From Candidatus Aenigmarchaeota archaeon CG_4_9_14_3_um_filter_37_18 (GTDB lineage Archaea > Aenigmatarchaeota > Aenigmatarchaeia > CG10238-14): a DNA stretch of 53,367 nt. The stretch covers positions 837 to 54,203 of the forward strand of contig PFTQ01000044.1 of the NCBI GenBank assembly GCA_002789635.1, in the 5' to 3' direction. Below, one piece after another: positions 24,323 through 33,799 of the stretch; the first letter of the stretch is position 1; every line of letters starts with the position of its first letter. Position numbers and translations under genes: made by a program. Below the pieces are notes generated by a model. That model searched no databases, was not told the DNA's origin, and saw only the letters and a program-made list of their open reading frames with translations.

Positions 24323-26857
24323 TCATTTCACCGCAACACAATTTCCACCAGAGCATATTAAACCTCTGCAGCAATTATGAGTAGGGTCGCAAAATGTTGT
24401 TAATTCACTACATTGCTCACAATAGATATTAACGCAATTGTTTGAACAGCAATCTGAATGCTCTAAACATGGCCTGCTTGGCATGTCGCCTATGCATAAT
24501 TCTGCTCCGCAAGTACCATCTGGGTTGCAGGTTTCATAACCTTCGCAACATGACTTGAAGCCCAAACCGTCAGAGCATGATTGGCAATATAGATCATTTT
24601 GATGGCTTATGCAAGTAGGCTCTGAATTAGAAAACTGATTGCAAACACCGGATAGGGCTATACTATGATGTCCAATTATAAAATGATAATCGAGCTGCTG
24701 TTTGTTTCTATTTATGAACCAAGAGTCAAACCAGACATAATTAACAAAACTGCCATCTGAGCATTTAGCCAAATAACATTGCTTAATAGAACCGTCATTG
24801 AAAGTAACGCAAATTGTTTTACCACCAGCGCCATCTACTATGTCTATTTTATCAACATAATCAGGTAAATCTAAACGCGTTGTTGTATACTGGCTAGCTG
24901 AGCATGAGTCTATATGTATTTTTTGGATTTTGTCCATAAAGTCATGGGCATTAAGAGTCAGGAATTCATTTTTATTCATGCAGGGTTTGAATCCTAAAGG
25001 ATTCCATTCACAGTCGCCTAACCCACACCCATCATGATTACATTCAAGATCATTCTTATAATCTGTGCAAGATTTAATTTTATCACAGTTGCATTCTACT
25101 TCACAAGCTTGACGGCCAATTTCAGCGTTGCTGATGCAGTCGCATTTAGAAAATGATCCGGAACAAATTGACTGACAAAAATCTAAACAATGTATCTGGA
25201 TATTACAGTTTGATCCAATACTAAGAGTTATTTTTCTTTGGCCAGCCGCAGGCGGTGTGGGAGGCATCAATTTATTTTCTAATGTTAGAACAAATTTATT
25301 TCCGCTTCCAGTTATAAATCCTTGGCTATCGTCAAAGCCGAAGTATTGGATGTCGCTATCAGGGCATACAGCATCAAAACAATACCTGCCTGCAGTAGAT
25401 CCATCCCTGCCATTGAAATATAAGCAAATATCTTTTTTCGCGGGCGTTCCGATATTTTCAACAGTCATCTTATCAATGCTATTTGGAAGCTGGATCGTAC
25501 GGCCAAAACTGGCGCCAATAGGAAGGCTGCATAAATCACTTATCATTTGTTTCATCTCCCCTATAAATGGGCTGTTAAACTCCAATTGCTTTTTATGGCA
25601 TATTGTAGTTCCTGGAAAAGTCTTCCCGCCGCCAATAGCAGGCAAATTTTCAGAGTATATGAAGTATTCGTCATTATTCAGGTTGCATGAACAGTAATCA
25701 GAACCAAGAAAACCGCATTTTTCACATGATGTACCCTCTTTTCCATCCTCTAATAATTCTCTTGATATAAAAAGCCATAGTTGACCTCCGCCAAGAAGAG
25801 AAGAATGCTCGCATTCCTCATTTGAAAACTCCAAATTAGCCTCTTTTCCTTCTTCATCTCTTACTTTATTTAAAATATCATCTTTTTTCAGATTAATTGG
25901 ATTTTCCAATTTAATGTTAATCGGATTCATTTTAGCATCATCGCCGCAAATCTTGCCATCTTCTTTTTTAGTATCAGTCCATTCCTGCTTGCAGAAATCA
26001 GTCTTACAACTCTTTTCAACGCTATCAGCATCTATCCATGTTAAATCTTCAATTTTAGATGACCCGCACCCTTCCTTGCATCTGTAGTAAGAGCAGTCTA
26101 TAGCTTTTTGAATATTCGTGCTTTCGGTTTCAGTCTTCTCGCAGATGAAAGTTGCAGGAAAAACAGAATTGGGCAATATATTAAATGTATTATAGCCTGG
26201 AGGTAGCTCTGTTGATATGGAATAATCCCCAGGAATCAAATTACATTCGCAGTAGTCTAGTTCTGGAAAACATTTTTTACACGCAATATTTTCATCTGTC
26301 CCTTCTAACAAACTTTTTGATATATAAATCCATAGATTGGTAGGTGGGTTTAAATTTATCCCATGAAGTTTGCAATCTTCACCAGCAATATCAATATTAG
26401 ATTTCACAACCTCTTTTAAAGCTTCACTCGTCTTTAAAGTAATCATCCTATCCATTGTAAATGTAACTGGATGAGCTTTAGTATCATCATCGCATATCTT
26501 TCCATCCTCTTCTCCAGTATCTGTCCACTCTTTGTTGCAGAAATCATCCTTGCAACTCCATATCTTATCTTCAGAATCTTTCCATTGTAGCTTATCCAAT
26601 CCAGGTTTATCGCAACCATCTTTGCATCTATAATAAGAACAAGTTAAAGCAACTTGAAAACTTTTCGCAAGCCTTTGTGAAGCAGGATCCATTCCGAACA
26701 GCGACATTAAATAATCAAGAAAGCCGTTCATTATATTCTTTCCAGGGCCAAGAAGAAACCATGACATTACAACAATCAGCAAAACAGCTAATACGAGCTT
26801 ATACACCGTTTCTTCAGCCATGCCTTTGCTCAAATCAACACCCCGAACACATTCCAC
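24323..26857 (-). CDS. giant Cys-rich pilin-like surface protein with internal tandem duplications and a knottin-like C-terminus
   Basis: N-terminus ..LSKG/MAEETVYKLVLAVLLIVVM. The likely true start is TTG 26833, giving MSKG/MAEE, right after the upstream stop. Residues 66-241 and 247-421 are clear duplicates. There are more than 90 Cys. Confidence 0.7.
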   Translation of the reverse strand: MECVRGVDLSKGMAEETVYKLVLAVLLIVVMSWFLLGPGKNIMNGFLDYLMSLFGMDPASQRLAKSFQVALTCSYYRCKDGCDKPGLDKLQWKDSEDKIWSCKDDFCNKEWTDTGEEDGKICDDDTKAHPVTFTMDRMITLKTSEALKEVVKSNIDIAGEDCKLHGINLNPPTNLWIYISKSLLEGTDENIACKKCFPELDYCECNLIPGDYSISTELPPGYNTFNILPNSVFPATFICEKTETESTNIQKAIDCSYYRCKEGCGSSKIEDLTWIDADSVEKSCKTDFCKQEWTDTKKEDGKICGDDAKMNPINIKLENPINLKKDDILNKVRDEEGKEANLEFSNEECEHSSLLGGGQLWLFISRELLEDGKEGTSCEKCGFLGSDYCSCNLNNDEYFIYSENLPAIGGGKTFPGTTICHKKQLEFNSPFIGEMKQMISDLCSLPIGASFGRTIQLPNSIDKMTVENIGTPAKKDICLYFNGRDGSTAGRYCFDAVCPDSDIQYFGFDDSQGFITGSGNKFVLTLENKLMPPTPPAAGQRKITLSIGSNCNIQIHCLDFCQSICSGSFSKCDCISNAEIGRQACEVECNCDKIKSCTDYKNDLECNHDGCGLGDCEWNPLGFKPCMNKNEFLTLNAHDFMDKIQKIHIDSCSASQYTTTRLDLPDYVDKIDIVDGAGGKTICVTFNDGSIKQCYLAKCSDGSFVNYVWFDSWFINRNKQQLDYHFIIGHHSIALSGVCNQFSNSEPTCISHQNDLYCQSCSDGLGFKSCCEGYETCNPDGTCGAELCIGDMPSRPCLEHSDCCSNNCVNIYCEQCSELTTFCDPTHNCCRGLICSGGNCVAVK

Positions 26858-27077
26858 CTAAATTCCCTAAAAACCCAAGCAGCCCTTTGCAGAACATGCT
26901 ACATTTTATTCCTGCCATTATCCTCTCAACACTCTGGAAGACTATCTCTTTCGCCCCGGTCAAAAAAATCCACAATAAAGCTAAAGCTATTATTGCCAGA
27001 ACTAAGGATATTATTGTTGTTAATATGCTGCCTGAAACACCTTTTCCCACAATCTCATCCCCATAGTTTCGGAACAC
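26835..27077 (-). CDS. short pilin-like protein
   Basis: ..GKG/VSGSILTTIISLVLAIIALALL. The probable real start is GTG 27050 (MGKG/VSG..), 4 nt after the stop of the 44-aa ORF. Confidence 0.55.
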   Translation of the reverse strand: MFRNYGDEIVGKGVSGSILTTIISLVLAIIALALLWIFLTGAKEIVFQSVERIMAGIKCSMFCKGLLGFLGNLGGMCSGC

Positions 27078-27189
27078 CCTTTAAGATATTTATCGCCGAG
27101 AGATAAAATAAAGCTAACACTATAATCACCACTATCAGCAGGATAATAAACCAGATCATATACCTTGAAACATCTCCTTTGCTGTTCAT
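27055..27189 (-). CDS. 44-aa mini pilin-like ORF (not in the ORF track)
   Basis: MNSKG/DVSRYMIWFIILLIVVIIVLALFYLSAINILKGVPKLWG. Its ATG shares ATGA with the platform gene stop. Confidence 0.45.
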   Translation of the reverse strand: MNSKGDVSRYMIWFIILLIVVIIVLALFYLSAINILKGVPKLWG

Positions 27190-29141
27190 GCAACCCACAT
27201 CATCTTAATCATTGAAGTCAAAATCAGGTAGAGCACAATCATAGTGATTGAATAGATTATAATTGCGGTCAGCAGGTTTTTGCCTAAATCATATGTTCTT
27301 TGGATCTTCTCATCCCCATACTCTATTATGCTCATGAATATCGAAAGCATCACAACAACCTCTATCATATAAAACCCGACAATCAGCTGAAAATAATGAA
27401 TGGATATTATTTTATCGATGCTCAAAATATTCTTGAATATGTCCCCGCCTAGATCCCCGACAGGGCCATATGACCCTAAATTCCCCTGAACAGACTCTGT
27501 CCATCCGCTTAAGCTCAGCATCATGCTTATCATCATCGCAGTCAATGCAACAACAATTCCAGAAGACAAGGGCGCTAATGCCAGAGCCTGAATCTTCATC
27601 GTTGATATTACCTCAGAAAGAACATCCTTCAGATATTCTTCAACTTCAGATATATTCCTGAGATAGTTTGATATTGATATTAAAGATTGGGATAGGACAG
27701 CAGAGCCGGAAGAAGAGATTTCAGAGATGGCTTTTAGAATGGCTTTTATCAGGTTGGATGGGTACTGGTATATTGCGCCGTTCTTTTCGTTGAATACAGC
27801 GTTCTGAAAAGTCATCCCGAAGATCTGGATGTTGCTTATTATAGAGCCAAAGAGATCAGACACTTTCAATTCCTGTATTTTTGTCTTGATCTTGAGAATA
27901 TTGCTTTCAATTGAGCCGCCGCTTCTTATCTGGTGGCCTAACTGGAACAAGACCATATGCAATTCGCTCTCCATCTCAACAATCTTGTTCTTAGCCTTCA
28001 TCTTAGGCATGCTATCCAGGAAAGAGTATGAAATTATACCTCCGGAAACGCCAACTAAAACTAACAAAGAATAAAGCAACAAGCCAAAACTAAAGTGCTC
28101 TTGGGATGAAAGCAATTTATAAAGGCCGAACCCGGATAAAAGAATTATCATCAAAACTGGGATTATTATCTTCAGGCTAAAAATCTTCTGGAAAATGCTT
28201 TTCTTTATTTCAATTATCTCTGGCTGATGGAAAGTTGTTGGCCTTTTAGTCAAAAATGATCTCATCAGCAGGAATATAACAATCGGCAGCGAGATATTAT
28301 AGCCTATAACAAGAGCTATTGGCTTTACAGTGTCAGGCATAAAAACCGCTATCATCGGGAAGAAAATCAGCCCTATTATCGGAAGCAAAATCCCAAGGGC
28401 GTTCAGGAGTGTTAGAGATGACCTCAACTCTCTAGAATAATCTTTCATCTGGTTTTTTGACCCCAAAAGGACTATTTCAACAGCTTCCTCCAGAACCTTA
28501 TCCCTTTCTGCGTAGCTTTGATAAAGGGATGTTTTTATCAGGTTGATCGCCTGCGTGAATTCCTCGTTCCCAAGCTTCCATTTTTTTATGAAGTCGTCCA
28601 AAGCAACTTCCACTGAATAATATTTTCCATTATAGACATCCCACATTAATTCAGACAAATCGCTTCCCATAGGCCCTTTCAGATTCGTTGCGGCAAAAAT
28701 AACTGCATTCTCTAGATTGGACCTGACTTTCATCGAAACCGTCAAATAAAGCACAGTCAACACCATCTCAGAAGTTGCCTTTATTTTGTATTGCGTGACG
28801 TAATAGGAAGGGTATCTGAAAATGAAGTAGCCCATGCCTAAAATACCGGAGAATAGAATAAGCATTAATTTGAACGGGATTATTCCTATGGCTGTCAATA
28901 ATACACTCAACAAGGAGAAGCCAGCAGTAAAAAGAATTGTGAATGAAAGAACGCCTGCAGGAGTTATATAAAGGTGGCAGAAATCTATTGGCTCTTGGAA
29001 TTTTTTCTGCATCTTCTCAGGGAATGGAATCGATAAAATTCTCTCTGAAAAATTGCACAGCTTCTCGTAAACAGATGTTTTCTTTGCTTTTAATTTTGAT
29101 TGAAGAAGCTCTTCTTTTGTTTTTTGAATATCAAACACCAA
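27186..29141 (-). CDS. FlaJ/TadC/PilC-like polytopic platform protein of a type IV filament system
   Basis: 651 aa with two clusters of TM helices separated by soluble helical regions. It lies directly downstream of, and overlaps, the secretion ATPase gene, as in fla/pil operons. The call rests on architecture and context, not on a motif. Confidence 0.6.
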   Translation of the reverse strand: MVFDIQKTKEELLQSKLKAKKTSVYEKLCNFSERILSIPFPEKMQKKFQEPIDFCHLYITPAGVLSFTILFTAGFSLLSVLLTAIGIIPFKLMLILFSGILGMGYFIFRYPSYYVTQYKIKATSEMVLTVLYLTVSMKVRSNLENAVIFAATNLKGPMGSDLSELMWDVYNGKYYSVEVALDDFIKKWKLGNEEFTQAINLIKTSLYQSYAERDKVLEEAVEIVLLGSKNQMKDYSRELRSSLTLLNALGILLPIIGLIFFPMIAVFMPDTVKPIALVIGYNISLPIVIFLLMRSFLTKRPTTFHQPEIIEIKKSIFQKIFSLKIIIPVLMIILLSGFGLYKLLSSQEHFSFGLLLYSLLVLVGVSGGIISYSFLDSMPKMKAKNKIVEMESELHMVLFQLGHQIRSGGSIESNILKIKTKIQELKVSDLFGSIISNIQIFGMTFQNAVFNEKNGAIYQYPSNLIKAILKAISEISSSGSAVLSQSLISISNYLRNISEVEEYLKDVLSEVISTMKIQALALAPLSSGIVVALTAMMISMMLSLSGWTESVQGNLGSYGPVGDLGGDIFKNILSIDKIISIHYFQLIVGFYMIEVVVMLSIFMSIIEYGDEKIQRTYDLGKNLLTAIIIYSITMIVLYLILTSMIKMMWVA

Positions 29142-31389
29142 GTTTTTCTTTTAATTTTCCCTTAAACCAAATATCCCAATTTTTGTAGATTTCTTTTGAG
29201 TCCAAGCTCCCTAACTCCTGCCTGACATCATCTGAAATTTGGTGGAACATGTCATTCGCATCGATAACCCATTCCGCTTCTAGTATCTCTCTCCTGTTTA
29301 ATTTGTTTGAATACTCAACCATTTTTTCCTTTATTTTTCCCCTCAGCAATATGTTGTCCCAGACCGCATCCCAGTTCCCATGCCACTCCTTGACTCGCTT
29401 CGCAATCTCGTTAATAATATGTGATTCCCCGTTGATTAAAGTGCTAGTCGGCTTTAATTTATCTTCCTTAGCAGAGTATTCCATCAGGTTGACAAACCCA
29501 TTCTCATCCATAGGATCGTTCTTCCAATGCTTCCTTATTTCAGTAACTTCAACAACCCTCCTGTTCCTGTGAAGCCCATCAGCGCTCCTGATCATCCCAC
29601 AAATCGTGATTATGTCTGTGGCTTTAAAGCTTGTTGTCGGGACTCCTAGGTCATTCACAACCCTGTCAAACACTCCGTAAGCTGACTCGCCGTGTATTGT
29701 TCCTGCAACTACATGGGCCAAAGCACCGATCCTCATAGCCTCCCAAAGGGCTTTAGCCTCGTGGCTTCTGACCTCGCCTATTATTAAGCAGGAATCCCCC
29801 AGACGCAGAGCCGTTCTTAAGGCTTCATCTGCAGGCAGCTCAGATTCCACTCTTGTGATGACTGACCTTGACTTCATCCTCTCAATATTATAGCCTAGAT
29901 TTCTCATGCTTACAATTGGGAGCTCAAGCGTATCTTCAACCGAAACTATCCTAAACTTCCTCATTATCTCAACCATTGTTGCACCCAATAGGCTGCTTTT
30001 GCCGCTTGACCTTCCGCCTGCAAACAAGAGCGAGCGGGAGCCTTGAATAAGGAAATTCATCAGCCCAGAATACAAAGGATCAAACATCTTTTCATTTATG
30101 AATAAAGGGTATGTCCATGGCTTATCCCTGTGCCTCCTTAATGCATATCCTATACCTTCAGGGCTTAGTGTTCTTGTTATTGCTGCAACCCTAGCCCTCC
30201 CGCCAGGAACCATAAGCTCTGTGTCAAGGACAGGATTGGCTTCATCCAGCGGCCTGCCTGACAGCATCCTAAATCTCGTCGCCCAGCTTTCAGCATCTTC
30301 TTTAGTTGGGATAAGGTTTGTCTCGCACTCTTCAAAGTCGCTATGACCGACAAAAATAGGGGCAATGCCTATTGGCGAGTTGATGTAGATGTCCTGTAAT
30401 TTAGAGTCTGCCAACAAAACTTCAAGAATGCCGAAACCAGCAGTATACCTTGCAAGTATGTTTGTCATTTCATTTAATTCTGCCGAAGAAAGATGAACCC
30501 CCCTCTCATCTGCTATTTTAAGGATTGTGTCTTTTCCCATGTTCATGAAAACTTCCCTTGCCCTTTCTGGTTGGACAAATTCTGTTTCTGTCGGCTTGTG
30601 CTCTGCAAGGTATCTTCTTGCTGTATCAAGGATAAAATATTGGCTTTCTGAGAGCCTAAATTCTGGCGGTGTTATGTAGTAGAATGGCCTTGTTTTGCCT
30701 GGCACTTTGAAAATTTCAACAATGATTTTGGTTGGCAGCTCATACCTATCGAGCATCCTTGCCCCCTTTGGTGGGATAGAAACGTATCTTGTCAGCATAA
30801 AAGTGGGCCTTATCAGGGGCGTGAAGATTTTTCTATATATTGAGCGGTCTCCTAGCCTATAGCCATGAATCTTATCCTTGACAGCCTGTATAAGCATGGT
30901 TGACTCCAATTTTTTGTTGATTTCTTCAAGAAGCCTTATGTAATCTTCGGCTGCTTTTTTAACATCTCCCCTGCTTTTCAATGCCCTTGACCTATGCTTC
31001 CTAATAAATCTTTTGATCTGAACATAAGCAGCAATAGGATCTCTCCTTAACATTTCCTTGAGGACAAGATTCAATTCATTCGATATATTTGGTATGAAGT
31101 GCTTGATCTCAGCAATAAAGGGGCTCTCTAGAATTCTGTCTTCGTTCAAAAACTTGTCATACAACAGAGCTATTTCTACTAAAAGCCTTGTTTGGTCGTA
31201 ATCATATTCATGCTCCCTGCTTTCTGTTAAAATAATCCTTTCTACTTTTTTAACTTCCCTGATCTTATCGATGGTTGTAGCCATGCATACATCAAAATCC
31301 TCGACTGAGGAGCCAAAAACACAGCCTTTGCAGTTGACTTTTATTATTCCTTCTATAACTTCATAGTCGCAGACCAAAATTCCCACCAA
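29131..31389 (-). CDS. GspE/FlaI/PilB-family type IV filament assembly ATPase with a long N-terminal extension
   Basis: In order: Walker A-like AGGRSSGKSS, Asp box SVEDTLEL, Walker B CLIIGEVRSHEA, His box AGTIHGESA. GTG start. The N-terminus carries C-x13-C-x2-C-x12-C. Confidence 0.85.
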   Translation of the reverse strand: MVGILVCDYEVIEGIIKVNCKGCVFGSSVEDFDVCMATTIDKIREVKKVERIILTESREHEYDYDQTRLLVEIALLYDKFLNEDRILESPFIAEIKHFIPNISNELNLVLKEMLRRDPIAAYVQIKRFIRKHRSRALKSRGDVKKAAEDYIRLLEEINKKLESTMLIQAVKDKIHGYRLGDRSIYRKIFTPLIRPTFMLTRYVSIPPKGARMLDRYELPTKIIVEIFKVPGKTRPFYYITPPEFRLSESQYFILDTARRYLAEHKPTETEFVQPERAREVFMNMGKDTILKIADERGVHLSSAELNEMTNILARYTAGFGILEVLLADSKLQDIYINSPIGIAPIFVGHSDFEECETNLIPTKEDAESWATRFRMLSGRPLDEANPVLDTELMVPGGRARVAAITRTLSPEGIGYALRRHRDKPWTYPLFINEKMFDPLYSGLMNFLIQGSRSLLFAGGRSSGKSSLLGATMVEIMRKFRIVSVEDTLELPIVSMRNLGYNIERMKSRSVITRVESELPADEALRTALRLGDSCLIIGEVRSHEAKALWEAMRIGALAHVVAGTIHGESAYGVFDRVVNDLGVPTTSFKATDIITICGMIRSADGLHRNRRVVEVTEIRKHWKNDPMDENGFVNLMEYSAKEDKLKPTSTLINGESHIINEIAKRVKEWHGNWDAVWDNILLRGKIKEKMVEYSNKLNRREILEAEWVIDANDMFHQISDDVRQELGSLDSKEIYKNWDIWFKGKLKEKLGV

Positions 31390-31436
31390 TAACTAAATTA
31401 TATTTGTTCAATTTTACAATAATTATTATTGATTTC

Positions 31437-31835
31437 ATGGTATTTGAAAGAAAACCACAAACTCAGTTCAATCAGGTGAACACCGAAGTAGTAAGGATTA
31501 CAAATGATAACACAAGAAGGATTAGAATCCTTGAACAAAGCTTAGATTCAGCGAGAACCAGAATAAGCTCCCTTGAAGAAAGAATGATAGATGAAATGGG
31601 CGACATCAAAAAATGGATGGATCAATTGTCTTTAGATATAAAGGAAATTTCAAAAGAATTAAAGGAGATAAGGAGCGAGTTGCTGAGGGTGAATAAGGAT
31701 CTTGAAAAAACAGCCAGAAAAACAGAGGTCAAGGAGCTTGAAAGCCTGTTAGACCTGTATGATCCGATAAAATCACATTTTATAACAAGGGGAGAAGTGA
31801 TGAGGATTTTAGAAAGAGAATTGAATAAAGTTTAA
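31437..31835 (+). CDS. coiled-coil protein, unknown function
   Basis: Heptad-rich sequence RIRILEQSLDSARTRISSLEERMIDEMGDIKKWMDQLSLDIKEISKELKEIRSELLRV. ATG 31437 is preferred over TTG 31404. Confidence 0.55.
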   Translation: MVFERKPQTQFNQVNTEVVRITNDNTRRIRILEQSLDSARTRISSLEERMIDEMGDIKKWMDQLSLDIKEISKELKEIRSELLRVNKDLEKTARKTEVKELESLLDLYDPIKSHFITRGEVMRILERELNKV

Positions 31836-31889
31836 TACTCAGAAAAGAAAATTTAAATTATGAAATCAATTATTATTAAGGTGTAAAAA

Positions 31890-32591
31890 TTGATAAAATT
31901 TCTTTCATCAAATAAAAAACAGCCAGAAAAAGCCCCTAGTTTAGGAAGAGGTTCGATACCATCAGAAAAGATAAAAACCCTAAGCGGGAGGGGATTTTCA
32001 GAGCCAGAAATTATTGATGTCCTTAGAAAAGAAGGCTATAGCTCTGAAGAAATAGATGCTGGACTGACGCAGGCGTTGAAATTAGGCGTGACAGGGGGAG
32101 ATCAAAGCTTTGTTTCAAAGCCGCCAACTCTTCAAGAGCTTCAGATGCAGCAGGATCAATTTACTCAAGGGCAAAATGAAATGACTAACATGATGCAGGA
32201 GACCCAATTTGCTCCGCAGATACCAGAGCCTTCAATGCAATTTCAGCAGAATTATTATCAAGATGATTACAACACAGAAGAGCTTGTTGAATCAATAGTC
32301 CAGGAAAGGATGGGTGAATTGGATACTAAACTGAACGAGTTCAGGGCTAAATACAATAATATGGAAAGGAAAATGATGGACCTTCACAATCAATTGTCAG
32401 TTGTTTCTAAAGGCAGGAACGAGGCTGAAAATACCATCCTAAATAAAATAGATTCTTTTGGATCTACGCTTGGCGAGATGAATGCGAGGCTTTCCAGCCT
32501 TGAGAAAGCATTCAAGGAAGCACTGCCAGCATTAATAGAGAGTGTACGCTCATTAACTGACCTTGTCGCAAGATTTAAAAGAGAAACTTAA
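31890..32591 (+). CDS. protein with a small N-terminal helical domain, a Q-rich linker and a C-terminal coiled coil
   Basis: GFSEPEIIDVLRKEGYSSEEIDAGL, then a Q/M-rich low-complexity stretch, then a heptad region. TTG start lies 8 nt after AGGTG. Confidence 0.55.
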   Translation: MIKFLSSNKKQPEKAPSLGRGSIPSEKIKTLSGRGFSEPEIIDVLRKEGYSSEEIDAGLTQALKLGVTGGDQSFVSKPPTLQELQMQQDQFTQGQNEMTNMMQETQFAPQIPEPSMQFQQNYYQDDYNTEELVESIVQERMGELDTKLNEFRAKYNNMERKMMDLHNQLSVVSKGRNEAENTILNKIDSFGSTLGEMNARLSSLEKAFKEALPALIESVRSLTDLVARFKRET

Positions 32592-32628
32592 ACCAAGTTA
32601 TTTATTGTCACTTTCTTAATTATTTTTC

Positions 32629-33165
32629 ATGGTCAATCCTTTTCAGATAGTTGCAGAGAGGCTTAGAGATTTAGGGTTCTTTGATTTCTTTATACCTTGG
32701 GTGATGACGTCGGCCCTTTTATATGCGCTTCTTAGAAAATCTAAAATATTCGGCGACGATGCAATAGTAATAAATTCTGTGCTGTCGATATCTGTGTCTT
32801 TTTTTACATGGGGTTTTATAGTGCTTGCTGGCGGGGGCGGCATAGGGGCTGCTTTATCTAAATTTGTCACAGAAATAGTTCTTATTGGGATAGGATTTTT
32901 ATTCATAGTCCTGATTGCCGGCATATTTATTCCAGATTTAAAGGATTTCTTAAGCACTCTCCCGAATAAAGGTGCGACATTCTTGATAATAGCTCTTGTG
33001 ATAGGAGTGACTCTGATGATTGGAAGTGGTTTATTCAATTTGGGCTCCGCGATATATAATCTTCTTAGTGCATTTGGGAAAGTTCCTGGAGGGGATGCGG
33101 GATTGTTGATTGTGGCTATTCTTATTTTAGTTCTTTTACTCATAATTATATCGATAGTAAGGTGA
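32629..33165 (+). CDS. membrane protein, paralog 1 of 3 (unknown family)
   Basis: Shared N-terminal motif L..LGFFDFFIPWVMTSALLYALLRKSKIFG plus 4 TM helices. Confidence 0.6.
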   Translation: MVNPFQIVAERLRDLGFFDFFIPWVMTSALLYALLRKSKIFGDDAIVINSVLSISVSFFTWGFIVLAGGGGIGAALSKFVTEIVLIGIGFLFIVLIAGIFIPDLKDFLSTLPNKGATFLIIALVIGVTLMIGSGLFNLGSAIYNLLSAFGKVPGGDAGLLIVAILILVLLLIIISIVR

Positions 33166-33169
33166 TTGG

Positions 33170-33799
33170 TTGGCTGATGATATATTTACAATAGCAATAA
33201 AAAAACTGCAGGAGATGGGTGCATTCAACTTCCTGTTTCCATTCATGCTTACTACTGCTATCTTCTATGGGCTGCTTAGAAAATCAAAAGTATTCACTGC
33301 AAAAAAAGATCTGTTCGACGCGAACCTGAAAAAAATAGGGGAGATAGAAGTATCAGAATCTGTAAATGCCGTCGTTGCTTTGATTGCTGGGTTCATGGTC
33401 TGGGCCTATCCTATACTTTCTGGCGTGAATATAGAGCAGCAGCTGTCTACATTCTTTCTTCATGGATTGATTGTTACATTGGTTTTGCTTGTGGTTATGA
33501 TGATAATGAGCATGTTTATGCCACCTGACTTACCAACAGAATTACAAAAACAGTTTTTGAAAGGAGGAACAGTAGGAGTGGTCTTAGTTGCTGTGGTTGT
33601 AATAGGAGTTATAATCTTTTTGACAAGCGGATTGATCAACCTGATAGCCGGACCTATATTTGCGAGTATAGATTTAGGCAATGACACTGTGATGACAATA
33701 GTTGTGTTAGGTTTATTAATATTGCCGATAATATTTATATTCAGGGGAAGTGGTACAATAACCACTGACGAAAAGGAAAATAATAAAGGTGGTAAATAA
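33170..33799 (+). CDS. membrane protein, paralog 2 of 3 (unknown family)
   Basis: L.EMGAFNFLFPFMLTTAIFYGLLRKSKVF plus 4 TM helices. TTG start follows AAGGTGA. Confidence 0.6.
   Translation: MADDIFTIAIKKLQEMGAFNFLFPFMLTTAIFYGLLRKSKVFTAKKDLFDANLKKIGEIEVSESVNAVVALIAGFMVWAYPILSGVNIEQQLSTFFLHGLIVTLVLLVVMMIMSMFMPPDLPTELQKQFLKGGTVGVVLVAVVVIGVIIFLTSGLINLIAGPIFASIDLGNDTVMTIVVLGLLILPIIFIFRGSGTITTDEKENNKGGK

Noticed and set aside
25257-25697. 146-aa plus-strand ORF inside the 844-aa Cys-rich gene
   Set aside because: The minus-strand frame is continuous for 844 codons with internally duplicated Cys-rich modules. The plus-strand frame has no features.
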